Origin: a phage
Strand: one strand, 5' to 3'
Length of the DNA stretch: 47,548 bases
NCBI GenBank assembly: GCA_012145005.1
Contig: GCA_012145005.1_3029.1
The translations under genes were made by a program, and so were the position numbers. Of this stretch, positions 1 through 9,929 are shown one piece after another. Below the pieces are notes generated by a model. It made no database searches and was not told the origin of the DNA. It worked only from the letters and a program-made list of their open reading frames with translations. How positions within the stretch are numbered: the first letter of the stretch is position 1; each line of letters begins with the position of its first letter.

Positions 1-210
1 GGCAAGAAATATTTCTTTACTCTTATAGTTGACTCTGAAACAAAATATGAAAATAAACGTATTCTTAGTAAAAAGAATATCTTAACTATTGTTGATGATC
101 TTTTTGATAAATTCGTAGAAAATCCCAATTTTGAAAGCGATTTATTATTAGAAAAATTTGTTAAGGAATGTAGAGAATATGTCAAAACCATCACTATACC
201 TTCCAAGTAA
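1..210 (+). CDS. 3' end of a small membrane-protein paralog (gene continues upstream of window)
   Basis: Frame 1 is open from window edge to TAA 208-210 (69 codons, AT-rich); C-terminus EKFVKECREYVK resembles C-termini of the next three genes. Confidence 0.4.
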   Translation, partial: GKKYFFTLIVDSETKYENKRILSKKNILTIVDDLFDKFVENPNFESDLLLEKFVKECREYVKTITIPSK

Positions 211-571
211 ACCGTTGAAGTATGAATTAAAGCGTCAGATAATTTCTACTGATGTGTTAATAGGTCCTGTGGTAGTTGTATCATTTGTGATTCTGGTGAT
301 TGCTGGAATGGTTATAGACGTTATGACTGATATTGAATCTGGTGCAATATTTGGAGCAACACTAATTCTTCCGTTGGTAGTTCCGCTTTTATTAGTACCT
401 ATAAATTGGATAGGATATTGGTATCAAGGAAGACACTATCGTAAACGTGTACGTGATTGGAAAGCTCAGTGTAAAAAGATTAAAAAGGAACATCAGCTTA
501 AACTTGCTGCGCATGAATTTAATGAAATTATGAAATTTGTTAAGGAATCACGATGCAAAAGCCAAAACTAA
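179..571 (+). CDS. small two-TM membrane protein, tandem paralog family
   Basis: ORF track 158..571, start moved to ATG 179 (MSKPS); two hydrophobic helices; C-terminal FVKESRCK motif; start overlaps end of upstream paralog. Confidence 0.5.
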   Translation: MSKPSLYLPSKPLKYELKRQIISTDVLIGPVVVVSFVILVIAGMVIDVMTDIESGAIFGATLILPLVVPLLLVPINWIGYWYQGRHYRKRVRDWKAQCKKIKKEHQLKLAAHEFNEIMKFVKESRCKSQN

Positions 572-927
572 ATAAAGTCAAATATTCTCTTCCTGAGTCA
601 TTTTTAATTTTTGCTGTAGCGTTGGCTGCAGCTCTTGCGGGTAGTCTTTTTGGATTGTTAATTGACTGTCTTATTTTAAACATCCGTAGTAACGTCAGCG
701 GTATAATAGATATAATAGAAGTTTGGAGTGAACTTCATTATACTATAGCGATTTCATTATTTTCATTCTTTGGTACCATGTTATATTTTCATTATGATAA
801 TTTTAAAATAAATTGGCAAAGAAAAAAAGATTACAAAATACAATTAAAGGAATATAATAGCTACATGTCTTATATTGAAAAAGAATCAATGGAAGAGTTT
901 GTGAGTGATTGTAGGAAAATTAAATGA
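553..927 (+). CDS. small two-TM membrane protein, tandem paralog family
   Basis: ORF track; N-term MQKPK parallels MSKPS of previous gene; two hydrophobic segments; C-terminal FVSDCRKIK. Confidence 0.5.
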   Translation: MQKPKLNKVKYSLPESFLIFAVALAAALAGSLFGLLIDCLILNIRSNVSGIIDIIEVWSELHYTIAISLFSFFGTMLYFHYDNFKINWQRKKDYKIQLKEYNSYMSYIEKESMEEFVSDCRKIK

Positions 928-1408
928 TTTTAAAAACTCGCTGGTATGATTTAGATGATGGGGATGATGGCATTTCAGTTGATAGAGTTGACTGGAATGG
1001 TTGTTCCGAAGATATGAAAAATTTGTTGATTAGGGAGTTTAGAATGGGATATCAAGCAGCTAAGCCATCTATTATAACAGATGATAAATTCGTGTGTATT
1101 CATAATGGTCGCGCTAAGTTAACGAACGCTGATTGGTTCACAGATAAAATTATGATTCTGTGGTATATTATTAGTCTTCCTGTGACATCATTCGTATTTT
1201 ACTTTTTTATAAAAAATCCAATGGACAGAATAGGAGATTGGATTCTTTTAACCATACTTGTTAATATTTTTACTGCAGCAATATTATCTGGGATATGGTA
1301 CACGTTCATTGAAATGCCATGGCGACTACGCAGACAACAAAAGATTTTTGATGAAAAGAAATATACTCAAAATTTAAATAACTTTATCACTGAATGCAGG
1401 AAATTAAA

Positions 1409-1412
<4 letters not shown>
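924..1412 (+). CDS. two-TM membrane protein with N-terminal soluble domain, same paralog family
   Basis: ORF track; C-terminal FITECRKLK; ATGA overlap with previous gene. Confidence 0.5.
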
Positions 1413-2381
<969 letters not shown>

Positions 2382-2385
2382 AGTT

Positions 2386-2415
2386 GTTTACTTTCTCCTA
2401 GAACTGTGATAGTAT
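2386..2415 (+). promoter_or_regulatory. T4-type early promoter
   Basis: GTTTAC, 17-18 bp spacer, TAGTAT; inverted repeat ACTGTGA/TCACAGT flanks the -10. Confidence 0.6.
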
Positions 2416-2440
2416 ATTCACAGTTACTTGGAGGGATAAA

Positions 2441-2857
2441 ATGACTCGTATTAATTTGACTTTAGTATCTGAACTTGCTGATCAACATTTAATCGCAGAA
2501 TACCGTGAATTGCCGCGTGTTTTTGGTATAGTTCGTAAGCATGTGGCAAACGGTAAGCGCGTTAAAGATTTTAAAATATCTTCCGAGTTTATTTTAGGTT
2601 CTGGTCATGTTACGTTCTTTTACGATAAGTTAGAATTTTTGCGAAAGCGTCAATTAGACATTATAACGGAATGCTTAAAACGCGGGTTCAGTATAAAAGA
2701 TACTGAAGTTCCTGACATCAGCGATATTCCAATAGAATGGAAAAATGATTATAATCCATGCAAATCAGCTATTAAATTGAGTCAACAACGACTTGATGAA
2801 AAAATTTTAATGAAACCACATTGGTATAAGTATTACGGTAAAAATATTTACATTTAA
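2441..2857 (+). CDS. denV: endonuclease V, pyrimidine-dimer DNA glycosylase
   Basis: 138 aa; [17 protein letters not shown]...[11 protein letters not shown] matches T4 DenV. Confidence 0.95.
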   Translation: MTRINLTLVSELADQHLIAEYRELPRVFGIVRKHVANGKRVKDFKISSEFILGSGHVTFFYDKLEFLRKRQLDIITECLKRGFSIKDTEVPDISDIPIEWKNDYNPCKSAIKLSQQRLDEKILMKPHWYKYYGKNIYI

Positions 2858-2866
2858 AGGAAACCC

Positions 2867-3340
2867 ATGAAAACATATCAAGAATTTATCACTGAAGCAG
2901 CTATTAATTCTCAAATTATTGCTGAATCTTTTACTGATCTTTTGAAATTTAAAAAAGGTCAAAAAATTACTGCTGTATTGGATGATGGTACAGAAGTTGA
3001 GATGGATGTACAGGGATATAATTATGCAGTAGATGGAAAATTGTATAATAAATCTCATGCTAAATTTGATTCATTTGACGACTTTGTTAATGCAGTTGAA
3101 GATGAAAAAACTCGTCGATCCATTGCAACTGGTGATGCTAAGGTTCTTATGGCACATGGTCATGAACGCATTCGCGCTAAACAGAATAAAATGGGTGAAG
3201 ATAATTTTGCATTAGTTGGTTATCAATCTGGTAAACAAACTTATGGTTATCAGCGTACTGCTACCATGTATAACAAAAATGGTAAAATCGCTTTCGTGAA
3301 TAGTAAAGGTTCTGTTCAGTACGTCAAATCATTCAAATAA
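2867..3340 (+). CDS. internal head protein (IP family) with capsid-targeting sequence
   Basis: N-terminus MKTYQEFITEAA is the T4 internal-protein capsid targeting sequence; 157 aa does not match IPI/IPII/IPIII lengths. Confidence 0.75.
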   Translation: MKTYQEFITEAAINSQIIAESFTDLLKFKKGQKITAVLDDGTEVEMDVQGYNYAVDGKLYNKSHAKFDSFDDFVNAVEDEKTRRSIATGDAKVLMAHGHERIRAKQNKMGEDNFALVGYQSGKQTYGYQRTATMYNKNGKIAFVNSKGSVQYVKSFK

Positions 3341-3493
3341 GCAAATAAGAAATATGGGAACAAGCTGGACCTCATGATTCTATGAGGGATTCCCGCCAAC
3401 CTGTAATAAGGTCGAGCCCAAGTGCGGTAATGGGTAAATACAGAAATGGACAATTCATGCGCCACGGAATGGCCCAAACTTAGAGAGAATAAA

Positions 3494-4033
3494 ATGAGAA
3501 CATTTTTAACTGGTCCTTATCTATCCCTGATGAATGCTTTTACACACCATTCTGATGCTAGAGTAGAAGAAATTTGTAAGAATGATTATCTTCCACCAAT
3601 GGAAGATATGCTCAAACAGTACTGCACACTTCGATTAGATGGTGGACGTCAATCCGGTAAATCAATTGCTGTGACTAACTTTGCTGCTAATTGGCTGTAT
3701 GATGGTGGAACAGTTATTGTTCTTTCTAATACTTCAGCTTACGCTAAAATTTCTGCAGGCCACATTAAAAAAGAATTTTCTCGTTATTCTAGCGATGATA
3801 TTCGATTCCGTTTATTTACCGATTCTGTCCGTAGTTTTATCGGTAATAAAGGAAGCAAGTTCAGAGGTTTATCGCTTTCGCGGATTTTGTATATAATCGA
3901 TGAGCCTGTTAAATCTCCTGATATGGATAAAATTTACGATATTCATATTGAAACTGTGCAACACTGCTGCAATAGTAAATGTTGCATTGGTGGTATTACT
4001 CGTCCACAGTTTTTCATAATCGGAATGCAATGA
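3494..4033 (+). CDS. P-loop NTPase-like hypothetical protein
   Basis: Walker A-like GGRQSGKS and Walker B-like LYIIDEP; start at ATG 3494 preferred over 3446. Confidence 0.45.
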   Translation: MRTFLTGPYLSLMNAFTHHSDARVEEICKNDYLPPMEDMLKQYCTLRLDGGRQSGKSIAVTNFAANWLYDGGTVIVLSNTSAYAKISAGHIKKEFSRYSSDDIRFRLFTDSVRSFIGNKGSKFRGLSLSRILYIIDEPVKSPDMDKIYDIHIETVQHCCNSKCCIGGITRPQFFIIGMQ

Positions 4034-4359
4034 TGACAGACACGCAGCTTTTCGAATATCTTTATTTTTCGCCAAAAACTATTAAAAATAAATTGGTGAA
4101 TCATTTTGAAATTTTGGCAAATAATAACATTTTGAGCGAATTTTATCCCAAGCAATACAAATTACAAAAAGGCGTATTCAAAGGATGCAGAGTTTTGTGC
4201 ACTGCTCCTAACGCGCAGTTAATGAATAAAATTCCATATTTTACCATGGAATTTATTGATGGACCTTTTAAAGGACTAATCACCCAAAGTTTAATGGCAT
4301 ATGATTCTGAGCCATTTTTAATTAAAGAACAATCTTGGATAAATTTATTTTCTAATTGA
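4030..4359 (+). CDS. hypothetical protein
   Basis: ORF track 3979..4359 trimmed to ATG 4030, overlapping stop of previous gene. Confidence 0.45.
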   Translation: MMTDTQLFEYLYFSPKTIKNKLVNHFEILANNNILSEFYPKQYKLQKGVFKGCRVLCTAPNAQLMNKIPYFTMEFIDGPFKGLITQSLMAYDSEPFLIKEQSWINLFSN

Positions 4360-4365
4360 GGTTAT

Positions 4366-4728
4366 ATGAAAGCATATCAAATTCTTGAAGGCACGCATAA
4401 AGGTACTATTTATTTTGAAGATGGTATTCAAGCACGAATTATTGTCTCTAAAACCTTTAAAGAGGACTCTTTTGTAGACCCGGAAATTTTCTACGGTTTG
4501 CATGCCCGTGAAATTGAAATTGAACCACAGCCTACGGTTAAAATTGAAGGTGGTCAACACCTGAATGTTAACGTTCTGCGTCGTGAAACTCTGGAAGATG
4601 CAGTTAAGCATCCGGAAAAATATCCGCAGCTGACCATCCGTGTATCAGGTTATGCAGTTCGCTTTAACTCTCTGACTCCGGAACAGCAGCGCGACGTTAT
4701 CGCTCGTACCTTCACCGAGAGTTTGTAA
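4366..4728 (+). CDS. autonomous glycyl radical cofactor (GrcA/YfiD-like; T4 Y06I-like)
   Basis: C-terminal [25 protein letters not shown] glycyl-radical motif; C-terminal half as recalled is near-identical to E. coli GrcA and uses E. coli-like codons. Confidence 0.88.
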   Translation: MKAYQILEGTHKGTIYFEDGIQARIIVSKTFKEDSFVDPEIFYGLHAREIEIEPQPTVKIEGGQHLNVNVLRRETLEDAVKHPEKYPQLTIRVSGYAVRFNSLTPEQQRDVIARTFTESL

Positions 4729-4949
4729 TGGCAAAGATAATTATTGAAGGTTCTAAAGATGTGCTAAATGCTTTCGCCGAGTGGTTTAGTAATTCAGGCG
4801 AACAGCAATTTAATGAAGCCTGGAATATGGGTGATATTGATGGAATTTATCCTACGACAGAAATTTCTGTTCAAGGATATGGCATTCATGAACCTATTCG
4901 TTTAGTTGAATATGATTTATGCACTGGTGAGGAAGTCAAATATGATTGA
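4728..4949 (+). CDS. hypothetical protein
   Basis: ORF track; coupled starts/stops. Confidence 0.45.
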   Translation: MAKIIIEGSKDVLNAFAEWFSNSGEQQFNEAWNMGDIDGIYPTTEISVQGYGIHEPIRLVEYDLCTGEEVKYD

Positions 4950-5208
4950 AGACATTAAAGGTTATAAGCCGCATACTGAAGAGAAAATCGGTAAAGTGAA
5001 TGCTATCAAAGACGCTGAAGTTCGTTTAGGACTTATCTTTGACGCTTTATACGATGAATTCTGGGAAGCATTTGATAGCTGTGAAGATGATGAACTCGCG
5101 AAGAATTACGCCGAAAGCCTCGATCAGTTAACTATTGCTAAAACGAAACTCAAAGAAGCCAGTATGTGGGCTTGTCGTGCAGTGTTCCAACCAGAGGAAA
5201 AATACTAA
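4942..5208 (+). CDS. hypothetical acidic protein
   Basis: ORF track 4906..5208 trimmed to ATG 4942 with GAGG RBS. Confidence 0.45.
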   Translation: MIEDIKGYKPHTEEKIGKVNAIKDAEVRLGLIFDALYDEFWEAFDSCEDDELAKNYAESLDQLTIAKTKLKEASMWACRAVFQPEEKY

Positions 5209-5486
5209 TGGCTCAATTAAGTGCAGGGTTTGGTTATGAGTATTATACTGCACCTCGTCGTGTATCTGCCGCTCCTAAGAAAATTCAAAGTCTTGATGAC
5301 TTACAGGAAGTAGTCCGTAAAGCTTTCCAGGACTATGCACGTTATCTTAAAGAAGATTCACAGGACTGTCTCGAAGAAGATGAAATTGCTTACTATGAAC
5401 AGCGTCTTGAACAGCTTAAAAACTTGCATGAGGTTCGTGCAGAAGTTTCAAAGTCTATGAATAAATTGATTAGATTTAAAGAATAA
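5208..5486 (+). CDS. hypothetical protein
   Basis: ORF track 5166..5486 trimmed to ATG 5208 overlapping previous stop. Confidence 0.45.
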   Translation: MAQLSAGFGYEYYTAPRRVSAAPKKIQSLDDLQEVVRKAFQDYARYLKEDSQDCLEEDEIAYYEQRLEQLKNLHEVRAEVSKSMNKLIRFKE

Positions 5487-5488
5487 CT

Positions 5489-5518
5489 GTTTACTTTTCC
5501 TCTTGACTGTGGTATAAT
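5489..5518 (+). promoter_or_regulatory. T4-type early promoter upstream of regB
   Basis: GTTTAC, 17 bp, TATAAT. Confidence 0.7.
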
Positions 5519-5545
5519 TTTTCTATCAGTTAAGAGGAGAATAAC

Positions 5546-6007
5546 ATGACTATCAATACAGAAGTTTTTATCCGTCGAAATAAGCTTCGTCGTCATTTTG
5601 AGTCGGAGTTTCGTCAAATTAACAATGAGATTCGTGAGGCATCAAAAGCAGCAGGGGTCTCATCGTTTCATCTGAAATATTCTCAGCATCTTCTTGATCG
5701 TGCAATTCAACGGGAGATTGATGAGACATATGTTTTTGAATTATTCCATAAAATAAAAGACCATGTTTTAGAAGTTAATGAATTCCTGAGTATGCCTCCG
5801 CGTCCTGACATTGACGAGGATTTTATTGATGGGGTTGAATATCGTCCTGGACGTTTAGAAATCACAGATGGAAATCTTTGGCTTGGATTTACAGTTTGTA
5901 AGCCTAATGAGAAGTTCAAAAACCCGTCACTTCAATGCAGGATGGCAATTATCAATAGTCGTCGTTTACCAGGAAAGGCTTCTAAAGCAGTAATTAAAAC
6001 TCAATGA
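5546..6007 (+). CDS. regB: RegB site-specific endoribonuclease
   Basis: 153 aa; MTINTEVFIRRNKLRRHFESEFRQ matches T4 RegB. Confidence 0.9.
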   Translation: MTINTEVFIRRNKLRRHFESEFRQINNEIREASKAAGVSSFHLKYSQHLLDRAIQREIDETYVFELFHKIKDHVLEVNEFLSMPPRPDIDEDFIDGVEYRPGRLEITDGNLWLGFTVCKPNEKFKNPSLQCRMAIINSRRLPGKASKAVIKTQ

Positions 6008-6014
6008 GGTAAGC

Positions 6015-6560
6015 ATGAGAAAAGCACTACTCGCTGGTCTATTGGCCATTTCAATGATGGCACATAGCTCCGAGCATACTTTCAGTAATGTCCAACTCGA
6101 TAACATGCGTTACGCATATCAATTCGGGGAACAATTTTCTAAGGATGGAAAATATAAAACACACAAAAATATCCACAAGAGCGGATTAGGTCATATAATG
6201 GCTGCTATTTTATGGCAAGAAAGCTCTGGCGGAGTTAATTTAAAATCTAAACCAAAGCATCACGCCTACGGAATGTTCCAAAATTATTTGCCTACTATGC
6301 GAGCAAGAGTTAAGGAACTTGGTTATAATATGACCGATGCTGAAATAAAAAGAATGTTGAATAAACGGTCCAATTCAGCTTCCTGGGCGTACATTGAACT
6401 TTCTTATTGGTTAAATATACATAAGGGCGATATAAGAAAAGCAATATCCTCTTATAATTCGGGATGGAATGTTAAAGCAGGTTCTAAATATGCTTCTGAA
6501 GTCCTAGAAAAGGCTAATTACCTTAAAAATAATAAACTTTTGGAAATAGTAAATGACTAA
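6015..6560 (+). CDS. secreted lytic-transglycosylase-like protein (vs.1-like)
   Basis: signal peptide MRKALLAGLLAISMMAHS; SLT-like motifs ESSGG and AYGMFQ. Confidence 0.55.
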   Translation: MRKALLAGLLAISMMAHSSEHTFSNVQLDNMRYAYQFGEQFSKDGKYKTHKNIHKSGLGHIMAAILWQESSGGVNLKSKPKHHAYGMFQNYLPTMRARVKELGYNMTDAEIKRMLNKRSNSASWAYIELSYWLNIHKGDIRKAISSYNSGWNVKAGSKYASEVLEKANYLKNNKLLEIVND

Positions 6561-6894
6561 AATTTTGGTTTTATGTATAGGATTAATTTCATTTTCTGCG
6601 TTAGCAGATACATCATATACTGAAATTAGAGAATATGTAAACCGTACTGCAGCGGATTATTGCGGGAAAAATAAAGCATGTCAAGCTGAATTTGCGCAGA
6701 AATTAATATATGCATATAAAGACGGAGAAAGAGATAAATCAAGCAGATACAAAAATGATACATTGTTAAAACGATATGCTAAAAAGTGGAATACCTTAGA
6801 ATGTTCAGTTGCGGAGGAGAAAGATAAAGCCGCTTGTCATTCAATGGTTGACCGTTTGGTAGATTCTTATAATCGAGGATTGAGTACTAGATGA
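6553..6894 (+). CDS. secreted cysteine-containing small protein (possibly vs)
   Basis: signal peptide MTKILVLCIGLISFSALA; position between vs.1-like and tk region. Confidence 0.45.
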   Translation: MTKILVLCIGLISFSALADTSYTEIREYVNRTAADYCGKNKACQAEFAQKLIYAYKDGERDKSSRYKNDTLLKRYAKKWNTLECSVAEEKDKAACHSMVDRLVDSYNRGLSTR

Positions 6895-7358
6895 TTGTAA
6901 AATATATCAAGGGCGATATTGTCGCCCTTTTCGCTGAAGGTAAAAATATTGCGCATGGATGCAATTGTTTTCATACTATGGGTTCAGGCGTAGCGGGTCA
7001 ATTAACCAAAGCTTTCCCTAAAATTTTGGAAGCTGATAAATTACAGACTGAATGGGGTGATGTAACTAAACTCGGTTCTTACTCAGTCTATGAAAAATAC
7101 TTTAGGACTCATAAAGCGTATTGCTTCAACCTTTATACTCAATTTCAACCAGGGCCAAATTTTGAGTATTCCGCTTTAATGAATTGTATGTTAGAATTAA
7201 ATGAGTTTGGTGAAAATAAACTGATTAAACCTACAATCTATATGCCTAGGATTGGTGCAGGCATAGGTAAAGGAAACTGGGATATTATTGAGGGGATTTT
7301 AGATACATATTCCTCTAAATTAGAAATTGTGATTGTTGATTGGGAACCGTTATTATGA
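6891..7358 (+). CDS. macro domain protein (ADP-ribose binding/hydrolase fold)
   Basis: GCNCFHTMGSGVAG and IGAGIGKG glycine-rich macro-domain motifs. Confidence 0.65.
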   Translation: MIVKYIKGDIVALFAEGKNIAHGCNCFHTMGSGVAGQLTKAFPKILEADKLQTEWGDVTKLGSYSVYEKYFRTHKAYCFNLYTQFQPGPNFEYSALMNCMLELNEFGENKLIKPTIYMPRIGAGIGKGNWDIIEGILDTYSSKLEIVIVDWEPLL

Positions 7359-7567
7359 ATATACATTATCCACATCCGTATGACCCAAAGAATAAGGCAG
7401 TAATTATTCGTCAATGGGAACGCATTTGCCGTACTAAATGTCCAATTAATAGTCCACATGATGTAGATAAAGACTACATTGGAACATTCGTTGAATATAC
7501 CTTTATTGATAAGAAAGGTCGTAAACAGCATGTAGAAGAATACTGCTTAAAGGTGACATGGTTATGA
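7355..7567 (+). CDS. hypothetical protein
   Basis: ORF track trimmed to ATG overlapping previous stop. Confidence 0.4.
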   Translation: MNIHYPHPYDPKNKAVIIRQWERICRTKCPINSPHDVDKDYIGTFVEYTFIDKKGRKQHVEEYCLKVTWL

Positions 7568-7770
7568 GCCAAACTAGTATTCTTAAAAATGCCCACTGTG
7601 AAAAGTGTAAATGGCCGGTTGTTTTTGCTTTATGCAACGATGAAATGGCTTGTGATTTCGATTATTGGTGCTATTGTTCTAATAAAGGATGCATCAATCA
7701 TAAAGGTGAAGGATTTTATTCGGGATTTTATCCTTATCCAGATTTCGTTAAAGAAGGTAAACCGAAATGA
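7564..7770 (+). CDS. cysteine-rich small protein (possible Zn binding)
   Basis: CEKC...C...C...CYC...C pattern. Confidence 0.4.
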   Translation: MSQTSILKNAHCEKCKWPVVFALCNDEMACDFDYWCYCSNKGCINHKGEGFYSGFYPYPDFVKEGKPK

Positions 7771-7940
7771 ATAGTTCTGAGTTACAATATGAAGTGTTAC
7801 GTGAACTTGATAATTTAATTGAACTCGCTGTTAATAAAGGTTTTGCCATTGGAATTGGTCAAAAAGATACTGATCATTTAACTGTGGAAATATTTAAGCA
7901 AAAGCGAATTATTTTAAAACTTTTGGAAATTAATATATGA
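7767..7940 (+). CDS. small hypothetical protein (57 aa)
   Basis: ATGA-coupled ORF below track cutoff, fills the gap between neighbours. Confidence 0.3.
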   Translation: MNSSELQYEVLRELDNLIELAVNKGFAIGIGQKDTDHLTVEIFKQKRIILKLLEINI

Positions 7941-8122
7941 GTTTAAGCAAAGAACAAAAAGACAAACTCTTTTCTCTTATCCACGAAGTTATGGATAAAA
8001 ACAGTGAATTGGAAAAAGTTTGTGATGAATGCGGTCCTTTTAATGCAAATGAATACGAAGAACTTTCTAAAGAATTCGATAATAAAGAACAAGAACTCAT
8101 TGATTATATAAATTCTTTATGA
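7937..8122 (+). CDS. small acidic helical protein
   Basis: ORF track; resembles next ORF (xxEQKxxLFxL...). Confidence 0.4.
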   Translation: MSLSKEQKDKLFSLIHEVMDKNSELEKVCDECGPFNANEYEELSKEFDNKEQELIDYINSL

Positions 8123-8307
8123 TTACTCGCGAACAAAAGAACGAAATATTATTTTTAGTTGGTGAAATTATTAGTTTAGAAAAGGATTTGTCTTTTGAAT
8201 TATCTTCTGATTATGGAGATGCCGAAACATATTACGAATTAGTAAAATCTATCGATAAAGCTGAAAATGATTTAGAAACATATTTAGAAAATTTAACTAA
8301 GGACTAA
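8119..8307 (+). CDS. small acidic helical protein, paralog of previous
   Basis: ORF track; MITREQKNEILFLVGEI. Confidence 0.4.
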   Translation: MITREQKNEILFLVGEIISLEKDLSFELSSDYGDAETYYELVKSIDKAENDLETYLENLTKD

Positions 8308-8308
8308 A

Positions 8309-8890
8309 ATGGCGAGTTTAATTTTTACTTATGCAGCAATGAATGCTGGAAAATCTGCTTCTCTTTTAACTGCTGCACATAATTATAAAGAACGCGGAAT
8401 GAGTGTATTAGTTCTTAAGCCTGCTATTGATACTCGCGATTCTGTCTGTGAAGTTGTTTCTCGCATTGGAATTAAACAGGAAGCGAATATTATTACAGAT
8501 GATATGGATATTTTCGAGTTCTATAAATGGGCTGAAGCACAAAAAGATATTCATTGCGTATTTGTAGATGAAGCCCAATTTTTAAAAACTGAACAAGTAC
8601 ATCAATTGAGCCGAATTGTTGATACATATAATGTTCCTGTTATGGCTTATGGATTAAGGACTGATTTCGCTGGAAAATTGTTTGAAGGTTCTAAAGAACT
8701 TTTAGCGATTGCAGATAAACTTATTGAACTAAAGGCAGTTTGTCATTGTGGTAAAAAAGCGATTATGACAGCTCGATTAATGGAAGATGGAACACCAGTT
8801 AAAGAAGGTAATCAAATCTGTATTGGTGATGAAATTTATGTTTCTTTGTGTAGAAAACATTGGAATGAATTAACTAAAAAGCTCGGTTAG
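8309..8890 (+). CDS. tk: thymidine kinase
   Basis: 193 aa; P-loop AMNAGKSASLL; C-terminal CHCGKKA zinc motif; matches T4 Tk. Confidence 0.93.
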   Translation: MASLIFTYAAMNAGKSASLLTAAHNYKERGMSVLVLKPAIDTRDSVCEVVSRIGIKQEANIITDDMDIFEFYKWAEAQKDIHCVFVDEAQFLKTEQVHQLSRIVDTYNVPVMAYGLRTDFAGKLFEGSKELLAIADKLIELKAVCHCGKKAIMTARLMEDGTPVKEGNQICIGDEIYVSLCRKHWNELTKKLG

Positions 8891-8899
8891 TGCAAAAGT

Positions 8900-8907
8900 T
8901 ATAAATA
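8900..8907 (+). promoter_or_regulatory. T4 late promoter TATAAATA
   Basis: exact TATAAATA about 25 nt upstream of ATG 8933. Confidence 0.5.
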
Positions 8908-8932
8908 GGTTTATCTAACTAAAGGGGTATAT

Positions 8933-9145
8933 ATGCTACAATTAACTGAAAAGCAACTTCGCAATCTTACTGTGCTTCAATTAGATGAAATTCGTAGGGA
9001 AGTTGGAAATATCATTTCAGCTTTGCGTCGAGAAGTATCACTCAACCAATCTCCGGCAGACTATACTAGATTGCGAAATTTTGAAAAATACCTTGATAAA
9101 GTTAAGGCCGTGCATCGGCATAAAGTAAATACAGGACAAAAATGA
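8933..9145 (+). CDS. hypothetical protein adjacent to rI
   Basis: ORF track. Confidence 0.45.
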
Positions 9146-9157
9146 TAGGAGGCCTTT

Positions 9158-9451
9158 ATGGCCTTAAAAGCAACGGCACTTTTTGCCATGCTAGGATTGT
9201 CATTTGTTTTATCTCCATCGATTGAAGCGAATGTCGATCCTCATTTTGATAAATTTATGGAATCTGGTATTAGGCACGTTTATACACTTTTTGAAAATAA
9301 AAGCGTAGAATCGTCTGAACAATTCTATAGTTTTATGAGAACGACCTATAAAAATGACCCGTGCTCTTCTGATTTTGAATGTATAGAACGAGGCGCGGAG
9401 ATGGCACAATCATACGCTAGAATTATGAACATTAAATTGGAGACTGAATGA
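9158..9451 (+). CDS. rI: lysis inhibition regulator RI
   Basis: 97 aa; MALKATALFAMLGLSFVLSPSIEANVDPHFDKF matches T4 RI. Confidence 0.9.
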   Translation: MALKATALFAMLGLSFVLSPSIEANVDPHFDKFMESGIRHVYTLFENKSVESSEQFYSFMRTTYKNDPCSSDFECIERGAEMAQSYARIMNIKLETE

Positions 9452-9834
9452 AATTCAGCGACTTTTCACAAAGTGGAAAACCTTCAAAGGCAGATGAATA
9501 CTTAGGTTTATTAATGGCTGCGCAAGCTTATTTTCATTCTGCGCATTTTGAAACTAAAAGTTATGCTAGACACAAAGCATACGATTTTATTTTCTCTGAG
9601 TTGCCAGATTTGATTGATAAATTTGGTGAGCAATATTTGGGGTATTCTGGTAGAAAATACACACCGTCAATCCCGGATGCCAGTAAACTTCCTACTGATA
9701 CAGTTAAAATGATTGATCGCATACTAGACCAATCTAACAGCATTTACAAAGAAATGCCTCCAGCCATTCAAAGCACGATAGATGATATTACTGGAATGTT
9801 TTACCAGAGTAAATATCTTCTTTCCCTCGAATAA
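9448..9834 (+). CDS. hypothetical protein adjacent to rI
   Basis: ORF track. Confidence 0.45.
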   Translation: MKFSDFSQSGKPSKADEYLGLLMAAQAYFHSAHFETKSYARHKAYDFIFSELPDLIDKFGEQYLGYSGRKYTPSIPDASKLPTDTVKMIDRILDQSNSIYKEMPPAIQSTIDDITGMFYQSKYLLSLE

Positions 9835-9838
9835 CATT

Positions 9839-9861
9839 AGTCTCCTTCGGGAGACTTTTTT
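9839..9861 (+). terminator. UUCG-tetraloop stem-loop with T-tract
   Basis: AGTCTCC-TTCG-GGAGACT followed by TTTTT. Confidence 0.7.
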
Positions 9862-9871
9862 CATTTTACCG

Positions 9872-9901
9872 GTTTACTTTCTATTTGAGCTGTGATACTA
9901 T
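9872..9901 (+). promoter_or_regulatory. T4-type early promoter
   Basis: GTTTAC, 17 bp, TACTAT. Confidence 0.6.
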
Positions 9902-9929
9902 ACAACCATCGGATAAAGAGGAGAACATC

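Noticed and set aside
3681-3896. Overlapping + strand ORFs in alternative frames (3681-3896, 25423-25647, 32656-32919, 38801-38992, 40013-40198, 41773-41982, 42273-42473, 7589-7774, 9937-10125, 12843-13037, 3033-3215)
   Set aside because: Each is fully embedded in a longer, motif-supported gene in another frame
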